A stretch of 64,000 nt of DNA from a bacterium (GTDB lineage Bacteria; Electryoneota; Electryoneia; Electryoneales; Electryoneaceae), in the NCBI GenBank assembly GCA_963675295.2, contig CAXXKJ010000002.1, positions 704,001 through 768,000 on the forward strand, written 5' to 3'. Below, piece by piece: positions 10,308 to 19,521 of the stretch. Under the pieces are notes generated by a model. It saw only the letters and a list, made by a program, of their open reading frames with translations, made no database searches and had not been told where the DNA came from. The number at the start of each line of letters is the position of its first letter. The first letter of the stretch is position 1. Both the position numbers and the translations under genes were made by a program.

Positions 10308-12113
10308 ATGGCCACCACGAAGAACATTCGCAACTTCTGCATCATCGCGCACATCGACCACGGCAAGTCGACGCTCGCCGATCGTATGCTCGAGACCACC
10401 GCGACCATCCACATCAAGCAGATGAAGGCGCAGATCCTCGACTCGATGGATCTCGAGCAGGAACGCGGGATTACGATCAAGGCGCACGCGATCACGATGA
10501 AACACAAGGCGGAGGATGGTAACGAGTACATCCTGAACCTCGTCGACACGCCGGGACACGTGGACTTCAGCTACGAAGTCAGCCGCAGCCTGGCGGCGGC
10601 GGAAGGCGCGTTGCTGGTCGTTGACGCCGCGCAGGGTGTCGAGGCGCAGACGCTCGCGAACCTGTACCTCGCCATCGATGCCGGTCTCGAACTGATCCCG
10701 GTGATCAACAAGATCGACCTGCCCTCGGCACAGATCGAGAAGGTGACGCATCAGCTCTGCGACCTGATCGGCTGCGATGAAGACGAGGTGATGCTGGTCA
10801 GTGCGAAAACCGGGCACGGTGTGCCGGAACTGCTCGAACGGATTGTCAAGGTCGTCCCGCCACCGCAGGGCGATCCGAATGGCACGTTCCGCGCATTAAT
10901 CTTCGATTCGTTTTACGACAATTACCGTGGCGCGATTGCGTACATCCGTGTTGTGGACGGTGCCATCCGAACCGGCGAACAGATCTATTTCAAGGGGACG
11001 GAGAAGGATTACCAGGTCGACGAACTGGGTGTGCTGCAGCTGAAACGGTTCCCACGGAAGGAACTGACCGTCGGCGAAGTCGGCTACCTGGTCACCGGCT
11101 GCAAGGACATTAAGGACACGCGTGTCGGCGATACCGTGGTCAGCTACGAGCACCGTAAGACGACAGACAGTCTGGCCGGCTACCAGGAACCGAAGCCGAT
11201 GGTGTTCAGCGGCATGTTCCCGACCGACCATGACCATTACGAAGAGCTGCGCGACGCCCTTGACAAACTGGCGCTGAACGATGCTTCGTTGCGCTACGAA
11301 GCCGAAACCTCGACCGCGTTGGGTTTCGGGTTCCGTTTAGGTTTCCTCGGGTTGTTGCACATGGAAATTGTGCAGGAACGGCTCGAACGTGAGTTCGATC
11401 TCAACCTGATCTCGACCGTGCCCAGTGTACGCTTCAAGGTGGTTGACCAGAAGGGGAATGAGCAGTGGTTGAGCAACCCGGTCGACTTCCCCGATCCGAT
11501 GCAGATCGGTCACATCGATGAACCGATTGTCCGTGGGCAGATCATCACGCCGGACGAATATGTCGGCGCGGTGATGGCGCTGGCGCGTGACCGTCGCGGC
11601 GTGTTTGTCTCGCAGGAATACATTGAGGCTGACCGTGTCGATCTGACCTACGATTTCCCGTTGGCGGAAGTGGTGTTCGACTTTTACGACCGCCTGAAGA
11701 GTCAGACCCGTGGCTATGCCAGCTTCGACTACGAATTCCATGGCTACAAGGAAGCGGAATTGGTGCGTCTGGACATCCTCATTAACGGCGATCCGGTGGA
11801 CGCGTTGTCGATGGTCGTACACGAAGACAAGGCGTACGAGTGGGGCCGTCAGGTGGTGGACAAGCTGAAGGATCTGATTCCACGGCAGATGTTCGAGGTG
11901 GCGATCCAGGCGGCGATCAACGGCAAGATCATTGCGCGCAGCACGATCAAGGCGCTGCGCAAGCAGGTGACGGCGAAGTGTTACGGCGGCGACATCACGC
12001 GTAAGCGCAAGTTGCTCGAGAAGCAGAAGGAAGGGAAGAAGCGGATGAAGCAGCTCGGCTCGGTCGAGGTGCCGCAGGAAGCCTTCCTCGCCGTGCTCAA
12101 GGTGGACAACTGA
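10308..12113 (+). CDS. lepA: Elongation factor 4 (LepA)
   Basis: [61 protein letters not shown]. Confidence 0.99.
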   Translation: MATTKNIRNFCIIAHIDHGKSTLADRMLETTATIHIKQMKAQILDSMDLEQERGITIKAHAITMKHKAEDGNEYILNLVDTPGHVDFSYEVSRSLAAAEGALLVVDAAQGVEAQTLANLYLAIDAGLELIPVINKIDLPSAQIEKVTHQLCDLIGCDEDEVMLVSAKTGHGVPELLERIVKVVPPPQGDPNGTFRALIFDSFYDNYRGAIAYIRVVDGAIRTGEQIYFKGTEKDYQVDELGVLQLKRFPRKELTVGEVGYLVTGCKDIKDTRVGDTVVSYEHRKTTDSLAGYQEPKPMVFSGMFPTDHDHYEELRDALDKLALNDASLRYEAETSTALGFGFRLGFLGLLHMEIVQERLEREFDLNLISTVPSVRFKVVDQKGNEQWLSNPVDFPDPMQIGHIDEPIVRGQIITPDEYVGAVMALARDRRGVFVSQEYIEADRVDLTYDFPLAEVVFDFYDRLKSQTRGYASFDYEFHGYKEAELVRLDILINGDPVDALSMVVHEDKAYEWGRQVVDKLKDLIPRQMFEVAIQAAINGKIIARSTIKALRKQVTAKCYGGDITRKRKLLEKQKEGKKRMKQLGSVEVPQEAFLAVLKVDN

Positions 12114-12242
12114 TCGGGCTCGCGGGCACACTTAGCCTGAGATAAAAAATATCCACTCGGTAGAGTGGACTTGCATCCATTTTTCATGTAGACTGTTGCG
12201 TTTACAGTGAACACACTGGCATGCAACGGTTACGGCACACTC

Positions 12243-13070
12243 ATGGCGACGAAACAGCAGGGCAGTTCAACGGACACGGAACAAACGATCGTCGACGATA
12301 GCGGCGAACTCAACCTGTGGCAACGGTACCAGCAGTGGTCGCGTCGACGGAAGCTGCGTCAGATCGAGCGCCGGAAGCGGATCGGTCCGGTCCGGGATTG
12401 GATCGAGACGATCATCTCCGTGGTGCTGATCGTGTTCGTGATCCGTGTCGCGGCGGTGGAGGCGTACCGCATCCCCACCGGCTCGATGGAGAACACGTTG
12501 CTGGTTGGTGACTTCCTGCTGGTCAACAAGTTCGTGTACGGTATCCGCACACCGGACTGGCTCGGTGTGCCGTTCACGCCGATCGGATTCAACATCCCCT
12601 ACACCCGTTTCCCGGGAATCCGTGACATCCAGAAGGGCGACATTCTCGTCTTCCGTTATCCCCTTGATCAGCGTGTGAATTACATCAAACGCTGTGTCGC
12701 GGTTGGCGGGCAAACGTTGCAGATCATCGACAAGCAGCTGTATGTCGACGGTGAGTTGCAGCCGTTGCCGCCGGACGGCAAGTTTACCGACCCGTTCACG
12801 TTGCCGAAGGACCTTAAGATGCGGCAGATGCGTCCCCCGGGCGCGGGCAACAAGGACAACTACGGGCCGGTCACGGTTCCCGAAGGGCACCTGTTCATGA
12901 TGGGGGATAATCGTGACAATTCAGCCGACAGCCGGTACTGGGGGTTCCTTGACGAGGACCTTGTGCTCGGCCGGGCGGAGATCATCTACTTCTCCTGGGA
13001 CAAGCTGGCGAACCCGACGAAATTCTGGACGTTGATCCGCTGGGGCCGGATGTTCAGTTTGATTCGGTGA
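12243..13070 (+). CDS. lepB: Signal peptidase I
   Basis: IPTGSMENTL (Ser), YIKRC (Lys), GDNRDNSADSRYWG; follows lepA. Confidence 0.96.
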   Translation: MATKQQGSSTDTEQTIVDDSGELNLWQRYQQWSRRRKLRQIERRKRIGPVRDWIETIISVVLIVFVIRVAAVEAYRIPTGSMENTLLVGDFLLVNKFVYGIRTPDWLGVPFTPIGFNIPYTRFPGIRDIQKGDILVFRYPLDQRVNYIKRCVAVGGQTLQIIDKQLYVDGELQPLPPDGKFTDPFTLPKDLKMRQMRPPGAGNKDNYGPVTVPEGHLFMMGDNRDNSADSRYWGFLDEDLVLGRAEIIYFSWDKLANPTKFWTLIRWGRMFSLIR

Positions 13071-13094
13071 CACGGCCTGCTACTGAAACAACTT

Positions 13095-13216
13095 CCGGGG
13101 ACACTTTGGGGACAAAGTGTCCCCGTTGTTTTTCCTGTCCGTTCCTATCTGTTCCTGTCTTTGCCTATCTTTTGCTTCTGTTGCGTCTTTTGCTTCCCTT
13201 GCATCCGTTGCTGAGG
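13095..13216. repeat. Palindrome CGGGGACACTTTG..CAAAGTGTCCCCG followed by a degenerate pyrimidine-rich 10/9-mer tandem array
   Basis: Hairpin at 13096-13125, related arm at 30455; units TTCCTGTCCG/TTCCTATCTG.. then TTGCTTCTG/TTGCGTCTT/TTGCTTCCC/TTGCATCCG. Confidence 0.65.
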
Positions 13217-13223
13217 CACATCC

Positions 13224-14111
13224 ATGAAGAAACTCGGCCGTATCCTGCTCATCGCGTTGAACGTCGTGATCATCGGCTACATCGCGTACGGCACGTACTA
13301 CTACTTCGCGCAGACGGGGATGATTTTCCCGGCGGAGCAGGCGTTGCTGCCGGCGGACGGTGTACGCGAGCAGTATCCGGAGATCCGGGAATTCTGGCCG
13401 GAGGCAGACGGCGACCGGGTGGAGGCGTGGTACCTGCCGCCGACGGGCGGGTGGCCCGGGTTGTCTCGCAACCCGGATATCGCGGACAGCGCCCCGGCAA
13501 GCGGGGTTGCCGGACTACAAGCGCCGCTGCTGGTCGTTGCGCACGGCAACAAGAACGTGATCGACGACTGGCCGGAACAGCTTGATGTCCCACGCGAAGC
13601 GGGCTGGGGCGTGCTGCTGGTGGAATATCCGGGATTTGGCCGGTCGCCGGGTGTGCCGGGTCAGCGTGCGATCACGGCGTTGTACGCGGCGGCGTATGAT
13701 TCGGTGCTCGCGTGGGGCGTGGCGGACACCAGCCGGGTGGTTGCGGTGGGACGGTCGCTCGGAGGCGGGGTGGCGTGCGCGTTTTCGCAGGTGCGCGAGA
13801 CCGATGCCCTGATCCTGATCAGCACCTTCACCAGTGTGCGCTCGTTCGCGGCTGACTATGGGCTGCCGGGGTTTCTCGTCGCGCATCCATTCGACAACGA
13901 AGCGGTACTGCGTGAGTACTCGCACCCGGTGTTGCTGATCCATTCCACTGACGACACCGTTGTCCCATACGACCACGCGTTGGCGTTGACCGCGGCCTGC
14001 GCGACCGACACGCTGATCACTCGCCACAACGATGGCCACGACACGTTGCAGGGTCATTACGACGAGTTCTGGCGTGAGGCGGGGATGGCGTTTCTACGGA
14101 CGATCCGGTAG
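13224..14111 (+). CDS. Alpha/beta hydrolase with N-terminal membrane anchor
   Basis: HGN, EYPGFG, nucleophile elbow GRSLGG, DDTVVP, GH. Confidence 0.9.
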   Translation: MKKLGRILLIALNVVIIGYIAYGTYYYFAQTGMIFPAEQALLPADGVREQYPEIREFWPEADGDRVEAWYLPPTGGWPGLSRNPDIADSAPASGVAGLQAPLLVVAHGNKNVIDDWPEQLDVPREAGWGVLLVEYPGFGRSPGVPGQRAITALYAAAYDSVLAWGVADTSRVVAVGRSLGGGVACAFSQVRETDALILISTFTSVRSFAADYGLPGFLVAHPFDNEAVLREYSHPVLLIHSTDDTVVPYDHALALTAACATDTLITRHNDGHDTLQGHYDEFWREAGMAFLRTIR

Positions 14112-14160
14112 CAAATCATCCGGGCATGAATCCCGGCATCAGAGATTACTGTGCTGATCC

Positions 14161-15561
14161 TTATTCCCCGCCGCCCATTTTGTCGAACTGGAAGGTTTGT
14201 TCGTAGACCGGTTGCCCTTGGTAGAACAACCGCCCGTGCATGAAATAGTTACCCGGCGGTGCGGCGGCGGGTACGGTTTGCGTCAAGCCGGGAATCGAAT
14301 GGTACGCGCCGGGTGCGAGCGTGAACGTCCGCTGGAACACCGGCCCGACCACGGAATGATTCGGCGTAGTGACGTAGGTTTTGTACGTCACATGCGCGAA
14401 CGATTGCGGCAGTTCGTTGAACAGCAGGGCGTCGTAGGTGATCGTGCCGCCGGTGCACGGGACGACAGTATTCACACCGGCGAGGGAATACGTGACTTCG
14501 TTCCACCGCACCGTATCCGGAACGCTGGAAATGGACTCGCCTTCGGGATCGTAGTAGGCCGTGATGCGGTATACGTACTCGCCATATGCTGGAAGCTGGT
14601 CGGTGAAGATGTTGTCTGGTGTTGCGCCGATGTATTCACCATTCCGGTAGATGCGGTACTCGACGAACTCGTCAGTTTCGTTTTGTATGTCATTCTGGAC
14701 GTAGTGATGAATCTCTTCGTTACGCGGTGGAAGTTCATTTGTGGTATTTATCAGGTTTGCTGGCGGATGATTCATCGACCTGCCAGCATCGTCAAGCCAT
14801 GCTGTCACAGGTGTGCCTCGCTGGGGTTCCACAGACCGGTCCTGTAATTGGGCGTATGGAGAACATGTAATTTCATGGTATCGCTCTGTGTTTCCAGCAT
14901 CATTCATAAAACCTATAAAACCTTGGTTGTACAAAGGATTAGTCATAGTATTAACATAAACATCATTGATATAAAAATCAAACGTATTTCCCTGCCCAAC
15001 GACTGTAATTGAATTCGTATCTCCCTCTTCCGTATTAATTAAATCCGTACCCAACCAATATATTATGTCGGTTGGTATTCCGTCTATGTACCTGAATACC
15101 GCATATTGAGGAGGATAAAATCCATATGAAATAATAAATGAATAACCATTGAAATTATCATCTCGAACGCCATTAGAACGAAATATTAATGCTTTAGAAG
15201 ATATACCTGCGACGTTAGTAAGTTTTAATTTACTTTCAAAATCAGTGTAATAATTACTTCCATATATTGCAGATCCCCAATTATCATGTCCGATCCCCGC
15301 TGTAATCTGAACGTATCCATTTTCAATGGTATAGTAGCCGCCACCTTCATAGGGGCCGTATTGCGGTGTCCAGAATTGAAAATCCTGCGCGATACCATCC
15401 TCAAAGTCCTCAATCAAACCTTCTGATGGACTGTCATCCCAGTAAAGTTCGATAATCCCACCCGGTGACAGATTGGATTCAAGGTGATACGGAGGAATCG
15501 CTTGTGTAAAAGCACTATTCGCTAAAAACAGAAATGGGATGGCTAAGAATATATATCGCAT
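14161..15561 (-). CDS. Secreted protein: lectin-like (DUF1080-like) beta-sandwich nested in an FN3-like module, plus a C-terminal Ig-like domain
   Basis: Signal peptide; GNTFDFYINDVYV..GFIGF; YRIYRNG..FTD..YVYRITAYY..GES; no PNPFN CTD. Confidence 0.65.
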   Translation of the reverse strand: MRYIFLAIPFLFLANSAFTQAIPPYHLESNLSPGGIIELYWDDSPSEGLIEDFEDGIAQDFQFWTPQYGPYEGGGYYTIENGYVQITAGIGHDNWGSAIYGSNYYTDFESKLKLTNVAGISSKALIFRSNGVRDDNFNGYSFIISYGFYPPQYAVFRYIDGIPTDIIYWLGTDLINTEEGDTNSITVVGQGNTFDFYINDVYVNTMTNPLYNQGFIGFMNDAGNTERYHEITCSPYAQLQDRSVEPQRGTPVTAWLDDAGRSMNHPPANLINTTNELPPRNEEIHHYVQNDIQNETDEFVEYRIYRNGEYIGATPDNIFTDQLPAYGEYVYRITAYYDPEGESISSVPDTVRWNEVTYSLAGVNTVVPCTGGTITYDALLFNELPQSFAHVTYKTYVTTPNHSVVGPVFQRTFTLAPGAYHSIPGLTQTVPAAAPPGNYFMHGRLFYQGQPVYEQTFQFDKMGGGE

Positions 15562-15598
15562 GATATCCTCTCAGGCGTTGGGTAAATAACAATAAGAA

Positions 15599-15634
15599 AT
15601 GCAATCCGGCGCCAGATATGGTGCCGGATTGCAT
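15599..15634. terminator. Hairpin, probable terminator downstream of the 15651 gene
   Basis: ATGCAATCCGGCGCCA-GATA-TGGTGCCGGATTGCAT. Confidence 0.65.
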
Positions 15635-15650
15635 CGTACTATCCCTCAGA

Positions 15651-17547
15651 CTATCGCAACAATGTCAGCTTTCGCACTTCATTCAGTTTGCCGGGTACAC
15701 TAGCGCGGATAAAATACATGCCACTGGCCAGTGCCCTGCCATTAAAGGCAAACTCGTGCCAACCGGCAGAAAACACTCCCTCTGCAATTGTCGTAACAAG
15801 CTGACCTGATATGTTGTACACGTTGACGTTCAGCATGGAAGCTTCCGGAAGCGCGACGGTGAATGTGGATACCGGATTGAACGGATTCGGATACACGCGA
15901 GAAATGCCATATCGTGTCGGTAATTCCGCCGACACTGCCGTTTCAACGGCGCTCGCCATTTCCTGAGATTCTCTGATGGCAAATTTTACGCACTCTGTGA
16001 CCTCTCCGTGTAGCATACTGACCGGTGGGTCCGTCGTTTCATCGTAGACCCTGCGTCCCACACTCACGAAGAACCTGCAAAGACCGCCGTCGGTAAACAA
16101 CGTCCGATCCAAACGCACGGACCCGCTACCCTCATAGTTTCCTGCTCGAGCGCCGAGAACATCCACGGGTGATTGCATGATCACCTCGAAGTCGGGCGTG
16201 ACAATCTTGTACCACGCATACAGTTCATCCTCAGAATCCTCGGCAAGTGTGAAGGAATAATTGTAGTAAAGAGTGTTTCCGTCCGCCAGCGACGTATCCG
16301 CCGTCAAAGTCAACCTGTATTGCGTTGTTTCCAGATCCTCAGTTGATGATTGATCATACATGTAAACAGCCTGACCTATTTGTGGATTTGGATTCCCGGA
16401 ATATGAGGCTGCCAGAACCTCAAGCTCTCTGTCAGCGTCGAAATTATCGACGGCTACTCCTTTAGCTACATTGCAAAGGCCGATGTCCGCCTCGTCCCAG
16501 CCATTTGCAGTGTTGTAAAATACATCGACCTGATTCGCGATCAGACTGGTCGCCACAAAATCCATATCGCCGTCGAAGTCGATATCAACGGGTTCAACAT
16601 CCCGGCACGTGGTGAAATCCGGTTTGATGTCTACTAACGTTGAATCCCAGAGAACTCCACCTAATCCATCTTGGGTTGCGTAGGAAATGAAAATTGCATG
16701 ATGAACACTTGTCGGGTTATCCTGATCACCAGTAAAAGCAATGAGTAGATCATTTAGCTGATTATCGTCCATTCTCTCAACTTTAACAGATCTTGGACTC
16801 AGGAAACCTGTAGAGGTGGTGCGGTGGTAAAGCTTCAAGGTGTCGGCATACGCTCCATTCGCATCACCGTAGTAAATGAAAACTCCTTCATTGTTCAATT
16901 CCTGGAGATCTGTCGTAGTCGCTACGATGTCCATATATCCGTCGAGATTCAGCGTATCCAAGGCTACATCGTAGAAATGAGGTAACGAAGAAATCGTCTG
17001 CGCTGTCCAACTCGTTCCCACGCCATTGTCATTTGTGTACAGGATCAACGCACCCTCTTCTGTAAACCAATTACCATTGATGGTCGCGACAACATCCATA
17101 TCGCCATCACCATCCATGTCAGCAACCGCTGTATTCAATGGTTTGTGCAGATTGTCAGCGATCACATCACCCAAAACCCAGTTGGAGTTAACATCACTGT
17201 ATTTCCACCATGCGATGTAACCCGTATTATCCGCAGAACTGGTTCCAACGATATCCAATGTGCCTGAAGTATCCACATCGGCCAATGTTACTCCGACAGC
17301 CAGGGTACAAGTATCTACCTCTGCGTACGACCATCCGCCCTGTCCATCATAGTTGTACGCGCACAAAATGTAGCCGTCATCCCGCACAGACATCACGGCA
17401 TCAGGAGCTGACGTTCCCATGACATCACCAGAGACCACCTGGATAGGCCTGTACAAGGTGTCCGCAACCACGGATCGGGTCCACGATTGCGCGTTAGTTG
17501 AAGCGACAATTGACGCTAAAAACAAAAAAAAACATGATGTTACGCAT
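15651..17547 (-). CDS. Secreted FG-GAP repeat protein with T9SS CTD; natural ATG (17547) is out of frame because of a T9 tract
   Basis: DMDGDGDMD/DIDFDGDMD repeats; YPNPFN..SGMYF..KLTLLR; RBS GGGGGAGAG then ATG CGT AAC ATC ATG T9 G; long frame resumes at TTG 17525. Confidence 0.8.
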
Positions 17548-17773
17548 TATTCTCTCCCCCAATGTTTGCAAAGAACCTTAAACTCATAAATCGAACACAT
17601 CGTTCTGGTGGTAAGAATAAATCATGATTGTTAGCAGAACAACAGAAGAGGATAAACATTTCAAATTCATTCACGGCTCGTCGAGACAGTCTGGCGGGTT
17701 CAGGGGTACAGTGCAGGACACGGGTGCGGGTTTGTTCGCGAAGGGGGAGTAAAACTACCACGTTGCAGATCAG

Positions 17774-18571
17774 TTAAAACACCCACCGTCCGACGCGTTC
17801 GATCCGTGTCTGATGGACGACGGTGCTGTCCTCGATCTCCGGCCCACGGCTGAAGAGGATGAATTCCGCCTTGCCGATTACCAGTTCTTCCGGCAGGAAG
17901 CCCCAGAAGCGGCTGTCGGTGGACGCGTTCCGGTTGTCGCCCATGACGAAATAGTGGCCGTCCGGGACCTGGACCGGGCCGTAGTTGTCACGGTTGCCGG
18001 CGCCGGGTGGGTAGATGGTCGGATCGATCAGGCCGGGCTTGAAGAAGCGGGCGAACTCGAGGTTACTGCACGGCGGCAGCGGGATTTCGACGTCGTTGAC
18101 GTAGACTTGTTTCTGGACAATGTGCACCGTGTCGCCGCCACGGGCGATGACCCGTTTGACGTAGATCTCGCTCGGGTGCAGCGGGTAGCGGAAGACGATC
18201 ACGTCGCCGATCTCCGGCCGTTTGCCCTCAAGCAGAGTGAAGGAACGGACAGTGCGGCCGTAATCGGTGCCGGGAATGCCGACCCAGCGTGGGGTGCGGA
18301 TGCCGTACGCGAGCTTGTTTGCGATGAAGACGTCTCCGACCAGCAGCGTGTTCTTCATCGAACCGCTGGGGACAGTGTAGACGCCGACCACTTCCTGCTG
18401 GACAAAGCCGACACCGAGCAGGACCAGCACGATCACGACCCAGGTGCGCAGCGATTTCAGCACCGGCGGCAGCATCTTCCAGCCGGGGGAATGTGTCCCC
18501 CACGGGCTGAAGAAGCCGGGGTATCCGTCCATCCGTTGCCGCCAACGTTCGCGCAGGGTCATGGGGGTCAC
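17774..18571 (-). CDS. lepB: Second signal peptidase I paralog
   Basis: VPSGSMKNTL, YVKRV, GDNRNASTDSRFWG. Confidence 0.93.
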   Translation of the reverse strand: MTPMTLRERWRQRMDGYPGFFSPWGTHSPGWKMLPPVLKSLRTWVVIVLVLLGVGFVQQEVVGVYTVPSGSMKNTLLVGDVFIANKLAYGIRTPRWVGIPGTDYGRTVRSFTLLEGKRPEIGDVIVFRYPLHPSEIYVKRVIARGGDTVHIVQKQVYVNDVEIPLPPCSNLEFARFFKPGLIDPTIYPPGAGNRDNYGPVQVPDGHYFVMGDNRNASTDSRFWGFLPEELVIGKAEFILFSRGPEIEDSTVVHQTRIERVGRWVF

Positions 18572-18620
18572 GTCCGCTCATCCGGGGATCAGGTTTCAAC
18601 GTCTCATGCGGGGATAAAAT

Positions 18621-18648
18621 AACCCGGCGATGAGGGTACGCCGGGTTT
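18621..18648 (-). terminator. Probable terminator after the Fe-S subunit gene
   Basis: AACCCGGCG..CGCCGGGTT with adjacent A-rich tract (U-tract on minus strand). Confidence 0.55.
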
Positions 18649-18682
18649 GGATCGCAAGTTTCCGAGATTCTCGAGAGGACGC

Positions 18683-19195
18683 TTAATCCGCCTCGAACGC
18701 GCGGGCGTATTTCGCGGCGAAGGCAGCGCGTTTGCGGGCAGGTTCGCGGCGTTGATCGACAAAGGTCAGCGCACCGGTGGTGCAGCCCTGGACGCACGCC
18801 GGATCTTCGCCGGCGGCGAGCCGTTCCGAGCAGAAGTCGCACTTCATGATCTTGTTTTCGGAGTCGATCCGTTGCGGCACCCCCCACGGGCAGGCGTGCA
18901 CGCAGGACGAGCAGCCGATGCACTTTTCCCGGTCGAGCATCACAAGGCCGGTTTCGTCGTCCCGGTACAACGCGCCGGTCGGGCACGCAGCCGCGCACAA
19001 CGGCTTGCAGCAGTGATAGCAGGCCATGAAGACGTGATCCACACGCGGGACGCCGTCCACCATCACCGGCCCGACCTCGACAATTTCGCCCAGGTTCGCG
19101 CCGACCGGAACGTTATGCTCGGTCTTGCAATGGAGTTCGCAGGCATGGCACCCGATGCAACGGTCCAGGTCCTGTATGATCGCGTAACGGCTCAT
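18683..19195 (-). CDS. 4Fe-4S dicluster electron-transfer subunit (PsrB/DmsB-like)
   Basis: CIGCHACELHC, CYHC..PLCAAACP, CIGCSSCVHACP, KCDFC..PACVQGC. Confidence 0.92.
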   Translation of the reverse strand: MSRYAIIQDLDRCIGCHACELHCKTEHNVPVGANLGEIVEVGPVMVDGVPRVDHVFMACYHCCKPLCAAACPTGALYRDDETGLVMLDREKCIGCSSCVHACPWGVPQRIDSENKIMKCDFCSERLAAGEDPACVQGCTTGALTFVDQRREPARKRAAFAAKYARAFEAD

Positions 19196-19213
19196 GGATG
19201 GGTCTCCGGAAAT

Positions 19214-19521
19214 CAGTTGTCAGTGCTCAGTGATCAGTTGTCAGTGGGCGGTACCTTCTGACCAGTAACCAGCTACATGTGCCCCTGATGGCTGTGCCAG
19301 CAGGGATTGTCCGTCCTCAGTTCGTCCGCGTTTGCAAGCAAACACGGGCACGTTCTCTGGTGTCGTCTGCCCCGACCAGCTTACTGGTCGGGATGATCCG
19401 CGTCCGCCAGCGGACACGGGCACATCTTTTTCAACAGCTGGTCCGACAACCGATTACCGACCACCGACCACCGACCGCAGTCACTGAGAACTGACTACTG
19501 ACCACTGACTACTGACCACTG
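19214..19521. repeat. BIME-like REP cluster bracketed by inverted 7-mer tandem arrays
   Basis: Left (CAGTTGT/CAGTGCT/CAGTGAT)n; right (ACCGACC/ACTGACT/ACTGACC)n; four internal hairpins. Confidence 0.75.

Noticed and set aside
14161-17760. Prophage, integron or IS-bounded island
   Set aside because: Low GC, but no integrase, transposase, attC or direct repeats seen
19214-19521. Possible CRISPR array
   Set aside because: Units are 7-mers and heterogeneous hairpins; no constant repeat-spacer period and no cas genes
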